From NCBI GenBank assembly GCA_012862495.1, contig BLSG01000377.1:208793-272792 (forward strand): a stretch of DNA of 64,000 nucleotides, given 5' to 3'. A program made the translations under genes and the position numbers. The stretch is from Thraustochytrium aureum (Eukaryota). The notes beneath the pieces are model-generated. The model saw nothing but the letters and a program-made list of their open reading frames with translations, did no database searches and had not been told where the DNA came from. Below are positions 11,545 to 23,599 of this stretch, piece by piece; position 1 is the first letter of the stretch; the number at the start of each line of letters is the position of its first letter.

Positions 11545-13140
11545 CCTCATCGCGCTCCTTGGAACCCACGCTCGGTCAGCGAACGGGTTTCGTCACGCAG
11601 CGAGTTCGGCGCTATCTGACGCCATTGTCTTCGCCTTCCAGGGGATTACCCTGCGCGAAACGATTGTTCGCCAAGTTTGGTTCAACGTGCTCTCCATCAT
11701 GCTCCTTGCTGTGTCAACGCCCTATCTTGCCGGTTTGCTAGCACTTCGTTTGTGGGTGGAAGAGGCCCTGACCGGCCACAGCATGAGAGAGATGGTTGCT
11801 ATCCAAGGCAACATGACCAGCGTCTTCGCGGGGGAATCTTCAACGGGCTCGCCTCAAAGTGAGTCAGCTATCAGCGCGCACTGTAGCAGCGATCTGGGCG
11901 CTTGGTCAACTCGATTCCAAGGTACAGACATGCTCGCCGCGTTCCTGATGATCTGGTTTTGTGCGGAGGTGTTTTTTGCCCTTTCATCGTGCAGCCTCAA
12001 CTCCAAAGCGTGGTCGAGCGTGCCTTACACGTTTGTGCTGGGCGGAGCCTCGTGGGTCGCGTTTGCATATCTTGGGAGCGCGTTCATGGACGCCAATTTG
12101 GCTTGCACCCGATGTGGATGATTTTCGTGTCGTTTTTCGTCCCCAACCACGTCCGACTTTCAATAAAGCTCATTCGCCGGCGCAAGAAGAAGCAGTGCCT
12201 GTGCGCACGCTTCGTCAAGATGACCGCAAAGGTGGCAGCCCACAGCGCTATCACGTGGTTCTGTGGTTGGAGTGCGGTTTTCTACGCAGTTTTCGTAAAT
12301 AGCCTCGCGAACCCGCTCGCGGAGTCTCTGGTCTGTGGCATTGTCTTCCCGATTCTGCAATTTGGGGCCAGGGAGCTTTTCCTTGAAAGCGCTTCCTCAA
12401 TTCTCATTCATAGCGGCCGGTCCATGAACGCCAATTCACAAGGTAGGATCGTGCGGTTGACAGGCCTCCTTTGCGTTTCGATTGAGTTTTGCTTCTGTAC
12501 GCCTGCGTTCATTGTACTGTTTCTACTCGACTCCGACAAAGCGTTCAACACTGCTGTGGGCCTTGCTGCAATCTCTGAGGTCGTGGGCACATTCGGCGTC
12601 TTGTCGATGCAAACGACGCGTCGCTGGGCTTCGATTCGCAAAAAGATCCAAGCTCGAGCGAAGCTCCGAGCAAAGGCACCAGGATCGATATCGAAGCATC
12701 AAGTCGAGTCTGTCGAGGACGCCAAAACCCGACACCTTCAGCTCCTCGCCGTCAAAGTCCGGTACGAAGAGCTTGGAGAGAAGCTTGCGGTGAGTGCCGC
12801 TGGGATGACGGCATTCGCGTTCTACCCAAGGTGAGTTATTCTTTGAACGCGCCGATCTGCGCTTCTTCTTCTTGGGAGCTAGCTAACACGTGTCGCTCGC
12901 CATCAAAGTGTCAACCGAGCGAAGCTTGCGCAACGTGTCGCGTTGACGTTTTTCCTCGAATGGGCTGTGGATGTCGTGAAAGACCGGCTTTGTCAAGGGC
13001 TCAGAATTCCAATCTCGTTGGTGAACTTTCAGTTTTGGGACTGGCAAGCCTGCATCCTGATTGTATCTGCAATGGGCCTGGCATTCAGCTTTGTGCTTAC
13101 GTTTCTGACGATTGTGTGCTACGTCTCCTTCCTCTCCTGA
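11545..13140 (+). CDS. Multi-pass membrane protein of unknown family; 5' end in the gap, frameshift near 12097, intron 12831-12908
   Basis: Consecutive hydrophobic segments in ORFs 11009-12121, 11902-12834 and 12943-13140. A GTGAGT...GCTAAC...CAAAG intron splices in frame (FYPS|VNRAKLAQRVALTFFLEW). Confidence 0.6.
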
Positions 13141-13233
13141 CGACGATGTTGCGAGCTGCGCATGGGCTTTCCTGACGCGCTTTAGCTCGAGTAGGGAGAC
13201 TCTGAGTTGATTTCAAGAAGATGGATAAAAAAA

Positions 13234-15765
13234 TTAGATTGTGAGCGCTCGCTTAGACGCGACCAGTGACCAGGTCGCGCCTTCGGCCAGTTCAACCTCG
13301 ATGGCAGAATACCCACCGCCAACAACGAACGGGGGCCTTATGATGGACACGTTGGTCTCGCTGCCGATAGTTAGGGCATCAGGCGGAGACGCAAATACGA
13401 TTAGCCCTTTGCGGAGGACAAGATCGCCAGTTCCGCGCAGCGTGCACGTTTGGCCCGCGTCCTCCACAGCGATTCGGCCGTCCGCGAGCGCCGTGAGGTG
13501 CAGGGTTGTTCCAACAACAAGGCTTCCGTCGCGCTCGCACTGGAGCGCGCAAGTGTCGAACGGAGCAAGCTGCACCTTCTGGCCTTTGGTGATCTGGCGG
13601 CGGGACCAAAAGTCAAAGCCCGCGCGCGGGGCAACCGCGGTCTTGGCCTGCCCGGTCCAGTTAATGAGAGCTGCTACAGCGTGCACGCTGCTGTCGGAAA
13701 CGTCGTTGACCTCAAACACCGACGGCGCATGGTTCCCTGTGAGTCCCTCGATCGGCTTGCCACGCAAAGGGGTCGTTGGGAGGACCCAAAGGCGAGCTGC
13801 TTGCGATCCTGCTCGAGCGTNNNNNNNNNNNNNNNNNNNNNNNNNNNNNNNNNNNNNNNNNNNNNNNNNNNNNNNNNNNNNNNNNNNNNNNNNNNNNNNN
13901 NNNNNNNNNNNNNNNNNNNNNNNNNNNNNNNNNNNNNNNNNNNNNNNNNNNNNNNNNNNNNNNNNNNNNNNNNNNNNNNNNNNNNNNNNNNNNNNNNNNN
14001 NNNNNNNNNNNNNNNNNNNNNNNNNNNNNNNNNNNNNNNNNNNNNNNNNNNNNNNNNNNNNNNNNNNNNNNNNNNNNNNNNNNNNNNNNNNNNNNNNNNN
14101 NNNNNNNNNNNNNNNNNNNNNNNNNAGCACTGTAACCTGGGTCCGCACCTGCGCTTCGGTCATCGAGTTGCCCTTCCGGCGCAAAACAAGACAATCCGGG
14201 TCGTTGAACTTCCACATGGTGCCGTGCATAAACCAGCGCGTCATGTTGCCCCACAGCGCGCGCGAGCAGCACGGAATGCACCAATCCGAAATGAACGTCC
14301 GCAGAAGGAGCGGCTCGAACCACCGCTCGGCCGTGTCGCAGCTGACGCGCATGCTGTCGAAGCAGTTGCTTTGCGCCGAGGGCAAAAGCGGCGCTCCGCA
14401 TCCAAGCAAAAAGCTCTTGGGCCCGATGCCGCGGCGGATCGCCTTGACACCGGCGATGTAGGCCTCAACGCGGGTGATTCTGTCTCCGTTGAGGCGAATG
14501 GCCTCGCGCATTCCTGCGGCGAGGAAATCCACTTTGAAAAACACCCAGTGTTTGGCGAGTTCGCGAAAGGTCTCCTCGATGTGCTGCAGCACCTCGGGGT
14601 TGCTCAGGTCGAGGACGTACATTACCGTCGAGGCCAGGCTGCCGCGCTTCCACGCCAGGTTGGTGTGGCCAACAACGTAGGCGCCTGGTTTGCCGACTTT
14701 GCGTAAAAACCAGTCGGGGTGCGCCTTGAACACCTTGCTGGTCTTTGACGCGAGAAACGGCGCAACCCAGAGACCAGGCGTGTACCCCTCGCTGGAAATG
14801 TGCTCTGCCACCGAGCTAAGATCTTTGGCTCCAAATTTGGTCTGCGTCTCGAGCCAGTCCCCGGTGTTGACCTGGTACCCGTCGTCAAGCTGGAACACGT
14901 CAATTGCTCGCTTGAGGTCTTTGTCCTTCTTGAACGCGGCGAGTACGTCCTCCACGTCCTTGGCAGTCACATGCTCATAAAACTCGTACCACGAGCCCCA
15001 CCCGACGGGGGCGCGCCCGAGGTCGCGCAGAGTCGACTCCATGCGCAGCATGGGCTCGACGCTCGTGTCGTCGCAGTTTCTCGAGCACTCGTCGCTGTAG
15101 CGCTCCAGAAGCTCCTGTGGGCGCGGGCCGGCCAGAACAATAAAATGCTCGCTCCCTTCATCGGCGACCCCGGGGAGGCCAAAGTCGATAATGCACTTGA
15201 CATTGGTGGTCCCGTTTGCCTTGGAGACCCAGAACGAGGTGGCTGCCCTTGCGCAGCTTGTCGCGCCGATCAGCATACTCCCGGGCTTGCCGTCGGGCTT
15301 GTCGAGAACCACGGCTCCATGAGACTCGAGTCCAGTGCCCTTGAAGCCCCAGCACGCGTTGTCGGTGTCCTGGAACATGCCCGAGAGCCCGAAGCTGCTC
15401 GCGATAGATTTTCTCCGCTTGTCCCGTCCGATTCGCCCGCCCTGGCTCAGGTTCCACGTTTGGTAGCCTTGTGTAAAGCAGTCTCGAAAGCTGCTCCCGA
15501 AAAAAAGGATGCGCACCTGTTCGATGCGTTTGCCCTTCGCGAGGACGCGAGCGGAGCCGCCGCTCTGCAGGTCGAGCTGGACCTCGGCGTCTTCGAGCGT
15601 GACCTGGCCGGGAGCGGTGCCTGCCTTGGCGCGGCTCAGCAATCGCCACGTGGCTTCGCCGCTCAGTTTGACGCTTGCGCTTAGCCGAACAGCGCCATCT
15701 TGTTTGCCGGCTTGCACATACTCCTTGCCTGGAGGCCCGCCGAGTTGGAACTCGACGTTGTGCAT
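13234..15765 (-). CDS. Glycoside hydrolase family 36 alpha-galactosidase (melibiase), gap inside
   Basis: GWGSWYEFY, FQLDDGYQ..GDW, PGLWVAPF, LDLSNP, FFKVDF (nucleophile), LGCGAP, MRVSCD (acid/base) and NDPDCL. Confidence 0.88.
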   Translation of the reverse strand: MHNVEFQLGGPPGKEYVQAGKQDGAVRLSASVKLSGEATWRLLSRAKAGTAPGQVTLEDAEVQLDLQSGGSARVLAKGKRIEQVRILFFGSSFRDCFTQGYQTWNLSQGGRIGRDKRRKSIASSFGLSGMFQDTDNACWGFKGTGLESHGAVVLDKPDGKPGSMLIGATSCARAATSFWVSKANGTTNVKCIIDFGLPGVADEGSEHFIVLAGPRPQELLERYSDECSRNCDDTSVEPMLRMESTLRDLGRAPVGWGSWYEFYEHVTAKDVEDVLAAFKKDKDLKRAIDVFQLDDGYQVNTGDWLETQTKFGAKDLSSVAEHISSEGYTPGLWVAPFLASKTSKVFKAHPDWFLRKVGKPGAYVVGHTNLAWKRGSLASTVMYVLDLSNPEVLQHIEETFRELAKHWVFFKVDFLAAGMREAIRLNGDRITRVEAYIAGVKAIRRGIGPKSFLLGCGAPLLPSAQSNCFDSMRVSCDTAERWFEPLLLRTFISDWCIPCCSRALWGNMTRWFMHGTMWKFNDPDCLVLRRKGNSMTEAQVRTQVTVXXXXXXXXXXXXXXXXXXXXXXXXXXXXXXXXXXXXXXXXXXXXXXXXXXXXXXXXXXXXXXXXXXXXXXXXXXXXXXXXXXXXXXXXXXXXXXXXXXXXXXXARAGSQAARLWVLPTTPLRGKPIEGLTGNHAPSVFEVNDVSDSSVHAVAALINWTGQAKTAVAPRAGFDFWSRRQITKGQKVQLAPFDTCALQCERDGSLVVGTTLHLTALADGRIAVEDAGQTCTLRGTGDLVLRKGLIVFASPPDALTIGSETNVSIIRPPFVVGGGYSAIEVELAEGATWSLVASKRALTI

Positions 15766-16803
15766 CCTGTCGCAGCGCCTGCCCAGCGCCGCAAGCTTGC
15801 CCGGTCGTCCTCGCCACTGCCGTCCTTCGGCCCGTCAAGAAGCCGACTGGGGACTGCGCGAGAGGATCTTCAAGCTGGCCAGCTCCGCTTGCCGACCAAA
15901 AGGGCCTGCCCAGTTCATGTCTGGCGCGAGCTCGGTGGGTGGGTGCTCGAAGAGGTGAGCTGCCACAGCCAGTGCCCTGCCCCGCCAGGCGACTGCAATG
16001 CTCTGCAACGGGGCAGCATGCGGGGCTCTGCAGCTAGAGTTGCGTCAATTATATCGCCGCGTTTCGTTCATTTCATTCAAGGTGGTGCATTGCACCCATC
16101 TCTCACGGTTTCGGTTGTGCGCGCGAAGGGCGTTCAAGCCAGGCTGCCAGCTCTCTAGCTAGAGGCCGCAAGCACCCAGCAGGGAAGGGGAGCATCCAGA
16201 TGTCCGTCCATCCTTGCGCGAGGCCGCCTCTCCAATTTCATGAGATCATTGCGGTGGTCGCGCGGGTTCGCTACGTCGAGGGAGGACTCTTCTGGTGGGC
16301 CTAANNNNNNNNNNNNNNNNNNNNNNNNNNNNNNNNNNNNNNNNNNNNNNNNNNNNNNNNNNNNNNNNNNNNNNNNNNNNNNNNNNNNNNNNNNNNNNNN
16401 NNNNNNNNNNNNNNNNNNNNNNNNNNNNNNNNNNNNNNNNNNNNNNNNNNNNNNNNNNNNNNNNNNNNNNNNNNNNNNNNNNNNNNNNNNNNNNNNNNNN
16501 NNNNNNNNNNNNNNNNNNNNNNNNNNNNNNNNNNNNNNNGCGGTTCGAGTTGTAGGTACCTTCTTGTGACCAAGGCGCACGGCGGACGCCGCACCGCACG
16601 TGCAAAACGAACGAACGGACAGGCTCGCTTTGGGAACAGGCGCGAATGGGCTACTGTAGGCCGCAGAGGCCTCCTTCCCATCGGAAGAATCTCCGCGTCG
16701 AGTTCATCGCGAGCCGGATCCTCATGGGTGAAACGCTGAGACCAAGCATCGCTGCCACCGCCAACAGCGGCAAGATTTCTTCTTTTTGCATAAAATGATG
16801 CGG

Positions 16804-17862
16804 CTACACCGCCTCGTCAGAGGTGGTGGTGGTCATGATCGACATAACCGCTGGCGACGGCTTGGCGTACAAGAAAACAGCTCCAATCACGATGGACGCA
16901 CCAAGCGTAAACAGTGGCGTAACGGCGAAGTCGAAGAACACAGTGGACAGGTAGCTACTGAGGACAATCGAGATCGACGTGGCAAAGCCCTTGAGGATAT
17001 TGTCGGCGTACTTCATGACCACCGCAATCATGAGCCCCCCGCCAGCCTGCATGAAGATCACAAACCATACCAGTTTGTTGTACCCCTGAAAGAAGCCGCC
17101 CTCCACGACCGCGTGCAAGTCGGACACCAACACCCCGATAAAGCCCAACGCAATTCCAAACAACGCGAGCTGGATATTGCGCATGTACAGTGGAACTTGG
17201 CGGCCGTGCTTGAGCACCTTCTCAGTGTAAACGCCAGCGAACCCTGAGGTCAAGCAGGCGACGAGCACGCAAACGAGCCCGAGCACAGGGCTCTGTTGCG
17301 AATCGCCGCCTTCCGCGCCCGAGCCGGACGCACCGGTATTGGCGAGTTGCACGAGAGCAACCCCGAGCGTGAGCAGCAAGAGGGAAACGATTTGGTTCTG
17401 ATTGAGCCGCTTCCCCAGCAGCCAGAACGACATCATGGCCGTTGTGATGATCTTGAGCTGGTATGTGATCTGGTAGACTGCGGCCTGCAGATTACTCAAT
17501 GCAATGAAGAGCAAATTGTTTTGTACGGTGTACAGGAGCCCTGGCACCGCCAGTTTGAGCATGTCTGCGTGAGTCAGCTCGGCGAGGACGACACGCATGG
17601 TTTTGGAGCCAAGCTCATTTGCTAGTCCAACTGCGGAGAACGCGATCTTGACGACCTCGGCGCAAACTACGGCGGTGGACGTAAGGTAAAGCGTCCCGCT
17701 CTGTGTCCGCGAGTACCGCATTGCCAGAACGAGAACCGTGTTCTGAACGACCAACACCACCAAGCTGATCCACTTCAGATCTACAACCTTGCCGGCCACG
17801 ACCATGCTCGATCTGCGCCGCATCGCCAGAGGCGAGTTCGGCCCGTCCCGGGTCCCCTTCAT
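16804..17862 (-). CDS. SLC35A-type nucleotide-sugar (UDP-Gal/UDP-GlcNAc) transporter
   Basis: LVVQN..LVLAMRYS, TAVVCAEVVK, VPGLLYTVQNNL, YQLKIITTA, SGFAGVYTEKVLK and VMKYADNILKGFA. Confidence 0.93.
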   Translation of the reverse strand: MKGTRDGPNSPLAMRRRSSMVVAGKVVDLKWISLVVLVVQNTVLVLAMRYSRTQSGTLYLTSTAVVCAEVVKIAFSAVGLANELGSKTMRVVLAELTHADMLKLAVPGLLYTVQNNLLFIALSNLQAAVYQITYQLKIITTAMMSFWLLGKRLNQNQIVSLLLLTLGVALVQLANTGASGSGAEGGDSQQSPVLGLVCVLVACLTSGFAGVYTEKVLKHGRQVPLYMRNIQLALFGIALGFIGVLVSDLHAVVEGGFFQGYNKLVWFVIFMQAGGGLMIAVVMKYADNILKGFATSISIVLSSYLSTVFFDFAVTPLFTLGASIVIGAVFLYAKPSPAVMSIMTTTTSDEAV

Positions 17863-18235
17863 CGCTCAAGCGCGCCGTGGCTTGTGCCCTGCTCACCTTT
17901 GCGTTCGCCTTTCGCGGGGGAGAGACAGCCAGGTTGGGCTCGTTGCTTCCCCTGCGCGTTGCGCTCAACAAAGCGCCTCGGCCAGCGGTCGTCGCCTGCA
18001 GCTCCTCCACAGACTGTGCTAGCCTGCAGGCACTGTGCGTCAGCGCACTGCTCAAGGTCGCGGGCTGGTGCGCGAGGACCTGATAGGAGTACTGACTCGG
18101 ATGAGTAACGCCGTTGTAGCTAAGCCAATGAGCAGCTCGCTGTTCGCTCAACAAATCTTGTGGACCTCGAGCTGGTCGGCAGGGCGCCTGTCGCGCTCGG
18201 GAGCCGAATGTTTGATGGTCCGCGAGGTGCGGAGG

Positions 18236-18323
18236 GTACTGCCGGAACGCTACGCGATTCGAGTTGGTACGCAACTTTCGTACTGCCGGAACGCTACGCG
18301 ATTCGAGTGGTACGCAACTTTCG
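18236..18323. repeat. ~44-bp tandem duplication (GTACTGCCGGAACGCTACGCGATTCGAGT(T)GGTACGCAACTTTC) x2
   Basis: Two adjacent near-identical copies differing by one T. Confidence 0.8.
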
Positions 18324-19221
18324 CTGCTTCGGACTTGATACGGGCGAGAAAATGAATGAATGCGCTGCAGATCAATCAAAGGAGAACTCTACGCGCGACT
18401 GGCGCACGTGGTGCCGACAGGCTCGGAGGCCCCAACCCAGCCCGACAGGATAGCGTCGAATTGAGATTGGCGACCTCTTGACAGGCAAGCTGACACGCGT
18501 CCGCTGCCGCAATCCCTTCCCACAGCTCCTTTTGAAAAGACGTCAGCGTTGTACTGTACATACACGAGGAGTGAAGCTGCAAGCCCGCAGTTTTNNNNNN
18601 NNNNNNNNNNNNNNNNNNNNNNNNNNNNNNNNNNNNNNNNNNNNNNNNNNNNNNNNNNNNNNNNNNNNNNNNNNNNNNNNNNNNNNNNNNNNNNNNNNNN
18701 NAAAATGAAGCCGACGATCTCAGGCTCCGCAAGATCGCTATTCGCAAAAGCGTCACGCCCCTCGATGTGCTCAACGCGCTTGGAGTTCCTCGACCAGCAA
18801 AGTCGTGCGGTTGTCCAAGCGCTTCGTCCCACTGGACCTGATTTGTCTCGCCTCTTGCGGCATTGGGGGTGCACGCGGAGCCGTGCGCTCCAATCGGCGC
18901 GCCCGGCAAAGCTGCGCTCGTCGAAGACCATTAGAAGCAATTGAAAAAATACAAGTGATTTCTTGCCCTTGCTCGGTTCTCGCCGCGCTCGACACGAAAC
19001 GAGGCATTACGCTCCAAGCTTCACGATGCCGTTCGCCCCACGCGCCCTGCACCACGTCCTGGCCGGGCACTGCAGCTCGATGCGTTCGATCGTTGGGTGC
19101 GCCTTCCAGTCCCCCTTAAAATCGAGTCGGTTTTAAGTGGCGTCGGAACGGATATGTCGCATTGCACTTGCGATGCTGCCATGGACCAGCCGCGAAAGCG
19201 CTGCTCGTCGCGGGCAACGCA

Positions 19222-22200
19222 GCATGTGGGAGCGCTACTATGACGAAGCGTCGTCTACGTTCGTCAACTGGCGGCATCGCGCCGATGGGGCCGGCTCGGA
19301 GGAATGGGAAGAGCACTATGACCAGGACGGCTCGCTGTACTACTACGACCGCCACTCCGGCGCGACAGCCTGGGAGCTACCCGAGCCACCAGAGGTGCCG
19401 CGAGGCCAGTTTGTATATGACAGCGAGTATGGGTATGGGTACGGGTACGGCTCTGGAGAGCACAGTTATGGAACCCCTTGGGGACAGGACGAGGGCGGCA
19501 GTCTCGCTCAGGACGCGAACGCGTCTCAGGGATGGGCTTTCGGCCAGGACGGCGAGCAAAGCGCATTCGCCGCAGCCACCAGCCAGCACCAGTGGCAGAC
19601 CCTCTATGATGAAGCAAGCGGCTATTACTACTATTTGAACACGACGACTGGGGAGTCGTCATGGGAGCTACCAGAGGGCGCGCAGCTCGCGGAGCAGTAT
19701 TACGATGCCTATCAACAGGGCGGCGGGGGCGCTCCCTTCTTGCTAGATGAAGAATACGCCACGTCGTGGGAGGCGCCTGCAGAAGATGCTCCAGATGTGA
19801 TGCCTGTGACGGATACAAAAACACCAAAAGACATTGCCACCTCGAGCGAAACCGAGCACGAGTCCGATGAGAATGTCGCTGTGCCGCTGACCGACGGTGA
19901 CGGTGAACCTCTCATGGAGCAACATGAGAGCTTGGGATCAAAACCGGGCCTCGAAGCGCCAGCACTCGTGGCTTCTGAGGCAAGTATGGACGTGCCTACA
20001 CATGCGCGAAATGAAAGTTCCACCACCGACAGCGCCGCTAAAGGCAGCGCCGCGGAAAATAGCACCGCGGAAGACAGCACTGCGGAAAATAACGCCATGA
20101 ATGACAGCGCCGCAAAACATGCCCCCCGGGAGGATAGTCCCGCAGAAAATAGCACAGCGGAAGAAGGTGCCGCACAGAATAGCTCCGCAGAAGACAGCGC
20201 CGCAGGTGGCGCCGAGCTGGCAGGCAGCGATGGAGCTCGGAATTCGGCCAGACGAACTCGCGGTAGCGCAGCGAATGACCTCGGCCCTCTTCCTTTAATA
20301 GACGCGGCTCTAGACGTAGACATCAACGAACTTCGTGAGGAGGCCGCAAGCGGCTGCAGCAAGGGAACGGGAAACCAAGAAACTCGCGCAAGCCGAACTG
20401 AGGAGATGGTCGAACCGGAGGGGGCGGAACCCGAGCCTGACGCAATTGCTGCCACGGATCCTATCGGGACACCGAGTCGAAGCACTCGAGACCGGGGACG
20501 CTGAGAAAAGCAAAGCGCACGCCGCGTCTCACACGCACACGGAGGACGCGGTTTCTGCAAGTGCCCCCATCTTGCTGGCAGACCAGAACTCTGACTCCAA
20601 AAGTATGGAGGAGATTATCGAGCTCGACGCCTCCGAAGGGAAGGCCGGCCCGCCTGATGCAAACGCAGAGAGCGACGGTGCTGGCTGCAAAGCATGTCAA
20701 ACTGGTCTAGAAGAACACGCTGTGGCCACCGAACAAGCGCTGCCCGCTATCGGCGTAATCGTCGGTGACACGCTCCGTCCAGAGATTCAGAGCGACACAG
20801 AGCCTGCAAACGTAGACCAGGACAAAGAGCGACAGGAAGACGAGGTGGCGGCTCGCGAGGCAATGGAGGGCCAGCTCTCCAAAGACGGCCGCAAGTTCAG
20901 GAAAAGCCCCTCCATGCGCCACGAGCAAGCCCTGAAAGAAGTCCTTCGGCAAGGGCGCCTTGAGCGCCAGCCAACGTTTTCCCTAAGAAAGCCCGAGCTG
21001 GACCAATCGAGGACGGGAGGCAGCCCAGAAGAGCCCACCACTGTCCGAGTCTGTGATCCGCCAAGCCTTTCGAGAACTATTGTCACAGGCAGGCTCGGAG
21101 TCCGGACGCATGACCGAGGCAAAGTTGCTCAGCCTGCTGACAAGAAATGGTCGCGCTCGAGATTCCCTTCGGCGATTGCACTCGTTAAGATCGTGCTTTG
21201 TTCCTCGCAAACTCAAGCGCCACTTTCGCCTCGCGGACACCAACAAGGACCGCTTCCTGGACGAGGACGAGTTTGTTCAATTCTGCCTTTCCAACGTGGC
21301 AAAGTACGGCACCGTAGCAGGGCAAGTTGCCGCTGGGAGGCACAATCGAAAGGTGCTCCGCCCCTACGCAGAGCGTACCAAGGGCCGGGCTCGAGCCGAG
21401 TTCGAAACTCTGCAAATTACCGTCAAACTTCCTGAAGACCTGCGTGGCAAGGTGAACGACGAGTTCGAGCGCACGCCGTACTCGCACTTGACTCGAAGGC
21501 GAGCCTGGGCCTCATTTGCTAAGGCGCGCCAGGTGCGATGGCAGCAAGCCGTTGTAGAGCATTCGCAGCACATTGTGGCGCTGCGCGAACAAGAGCAACG
21601 CAGACGCGAGGCTTTTGAATCCGACGTAAAGTTGCGCGAAGAGCGGGAACTCCGCGAGCGCAAAGCCTATCGTGCCGAGCTCGCCAAGGAGAACCAAGCC
21701 AAGTTGAAGCGGGCAACGCAAATAGCGACCAAGGCGCTGCTCAAAGAGCAGGCCGAGTGCAAGGCGGATGAGCCGCCGAGTCGGGCGAGTGGCACTGGGT
21801 CACGAAAGCAGAGCACCTCAGGGACGTTGACCCCGCTTCGCAGCCTAGTACGGAGCATGACGAGCTTGAAGCCGCTTTCTCAAGCTGTGCTCAAGTTATC
21901 CCCTCCTTCTGTTGCGCCTTCTACGCCACTGTTGAGCGCTCCCGCAATGGCAGATTTGGTGGAGAGTGGGGAAACCGACTTGGAAAAGGCCATCTCACCC
22001 TTGACGAGGAGCGACGGTCTGCACTTGCTGCCCGGGTCGACGCCGAAAGGGGCAGCCTTGAGAACAAACTAGAGAAAAAAGTGACCGCGCGGATCGTCAA
22101 GTTCACCAAAGACAAAGCCAAGCGAGCAAAGCACGAAGCGGACACACGGGAGCGCATTCGCCTCGAAATCGAGGCGCTGCTCGAAGCGCATGCGGAAAAA

Positions 22201-23508
22201 GGCGAGAGCATTCGAGGTGGAGACTGCCGAGTTGGAAGATACAGAGCGCAAGCTGGTGAGGCTCGAGGACAAGACGTTCGCTGCGCTGCAGCGCCAGCGC
22301 AAAGGCTTCCTTGAAACGATGTCGCAGTGCTTGGACCGGAGCTACCTCCGCCGTCTCGCTTGGGAGGCAACGCTCAAGGAGAATGGCCAATCGAACAGAA
22401 GCCTGCACCTTGTGCGCGACGAAGCGAATGGTCGACGGTACGTGCTGACAACCCTTGCGAGCCCTCAGCGGAGGTGGGTCGGGGGACAGGGAGATCGACG
22501 AGTCCCTGTCCCTCCTGGACAAGCTGGAGGTCTTTAGGCTTGCCTCTCAACCAGTCCTGCTNNNNNNNNNNNNNNNNNNNNNNNNNNNNNNNNNNNNNNN
22601 NNNNNNNNNNNNNNNNNNNNNNNNNNNNNNNNNNNNNNNNNNNNNNNNNNNNNNNNNNNNNNNNNNNNNNNNNNNNNNNNNNNNNNNNNNNNNNNNNNNN
22701 NNNNNNNNNNNNNNNNNNNNNNNNNNNNNNNNNNNNNNNNNNNNNNNNNNNNNNNNNACAAGCTGGAGGTCTTTAGGCTTGCCTCTCAACCAGTCCTGCT
22801 CTCGAGGGCCCAGCGCAAGGACGACCGCATTCCTTCGTTTTCCAAGTTTGTGGCCGAGCTGGAGCCGCCGTTTTCGCACAGAATTCGGTCCTGGACGCAG
22901 GTTTTCGCGATGGTGCGCTTCTACCCCGGAGGCCGGCTCAAGGACGTCCTAAAGAGCTTGTACGGCGATCCAAACAAAGTCAAGTATGCCCCGGAGAGCG
23001 CTCTTCTTCGCTGGGCTGAGCAGCTCGCAAAAGCGCTCCGTGCACTGCACGGCCGAGGTTTGGCCCACATGGGCGTCGACCCGTCGTCTGTTTTCTTGAG
23101 CCGCGATAACCAAATCCGGCTTGGTCTCCCACGGGACCTGAGAGCCATGAGCCTTGGAGACGGACGCGCCAGCGCAGTGTGCATCTTGACGAGTTATTGC
23201 GCCCCGGAATTGGTGGATGCGCAGAGGTTTCCGCCAGGGGACGACCGATGCGCGGACGTGTGGGCGCTCGGTGCGCTCTTTTATCACCTTGGTACGGGCC
23301 GGCCCTTCCTGTGCAGTTCACGCTAAGTGCCTTGGTGTCGGACCCGCGGGTCCGGCGCTTCAAGCGGTGGTTTCGCAGCTTGCTACGCATGACTTTGCAG
23401 CAGCGAGCGGCGGACAGGGCCAGCATCGTCGAGCTGGTGGACTTTCTCGCCGACGAGGCGGACAACATGACCCTCGCGACAGCGGAAGAGCAACTGAACG
23501 GCATCTAG
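19222..23508 (+). CDS. Large WW-domain / EF-hand / coiled-coil / C-terminal pseudokinase protein, broken by several frameshifts and a false gap
   Basis: WW repeats (WEEHYDQDGSLYYYDRHSGATAWELP; WQTLYDEASGYYYYLNTTTGESSWELP), EF-hand ADTNKDRFLDEDEF and kinase subdomains (WAEQLAKALRALH, YCAPE, ADVWALG) in successive overlapping frames. Confidence 0.7.
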
Positions 23509-23599
23509 CTAGAGGGAGAAACTGAACGGCATCTAGCTAGAGGGAGCAACTGAACGGCATCTAGCTAGAGGGAGCAACTGAACGGCATCTAGCTAGAGG
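23488..23599. repeat. 28-bp tandem repeat (GAGCAACTGAACGGCATCTAGCTAGAGG) x4 spanning the stop codon
   Basis: Four near-perfect units; the first encodes EQLNGI*. Confidence 0.9.
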
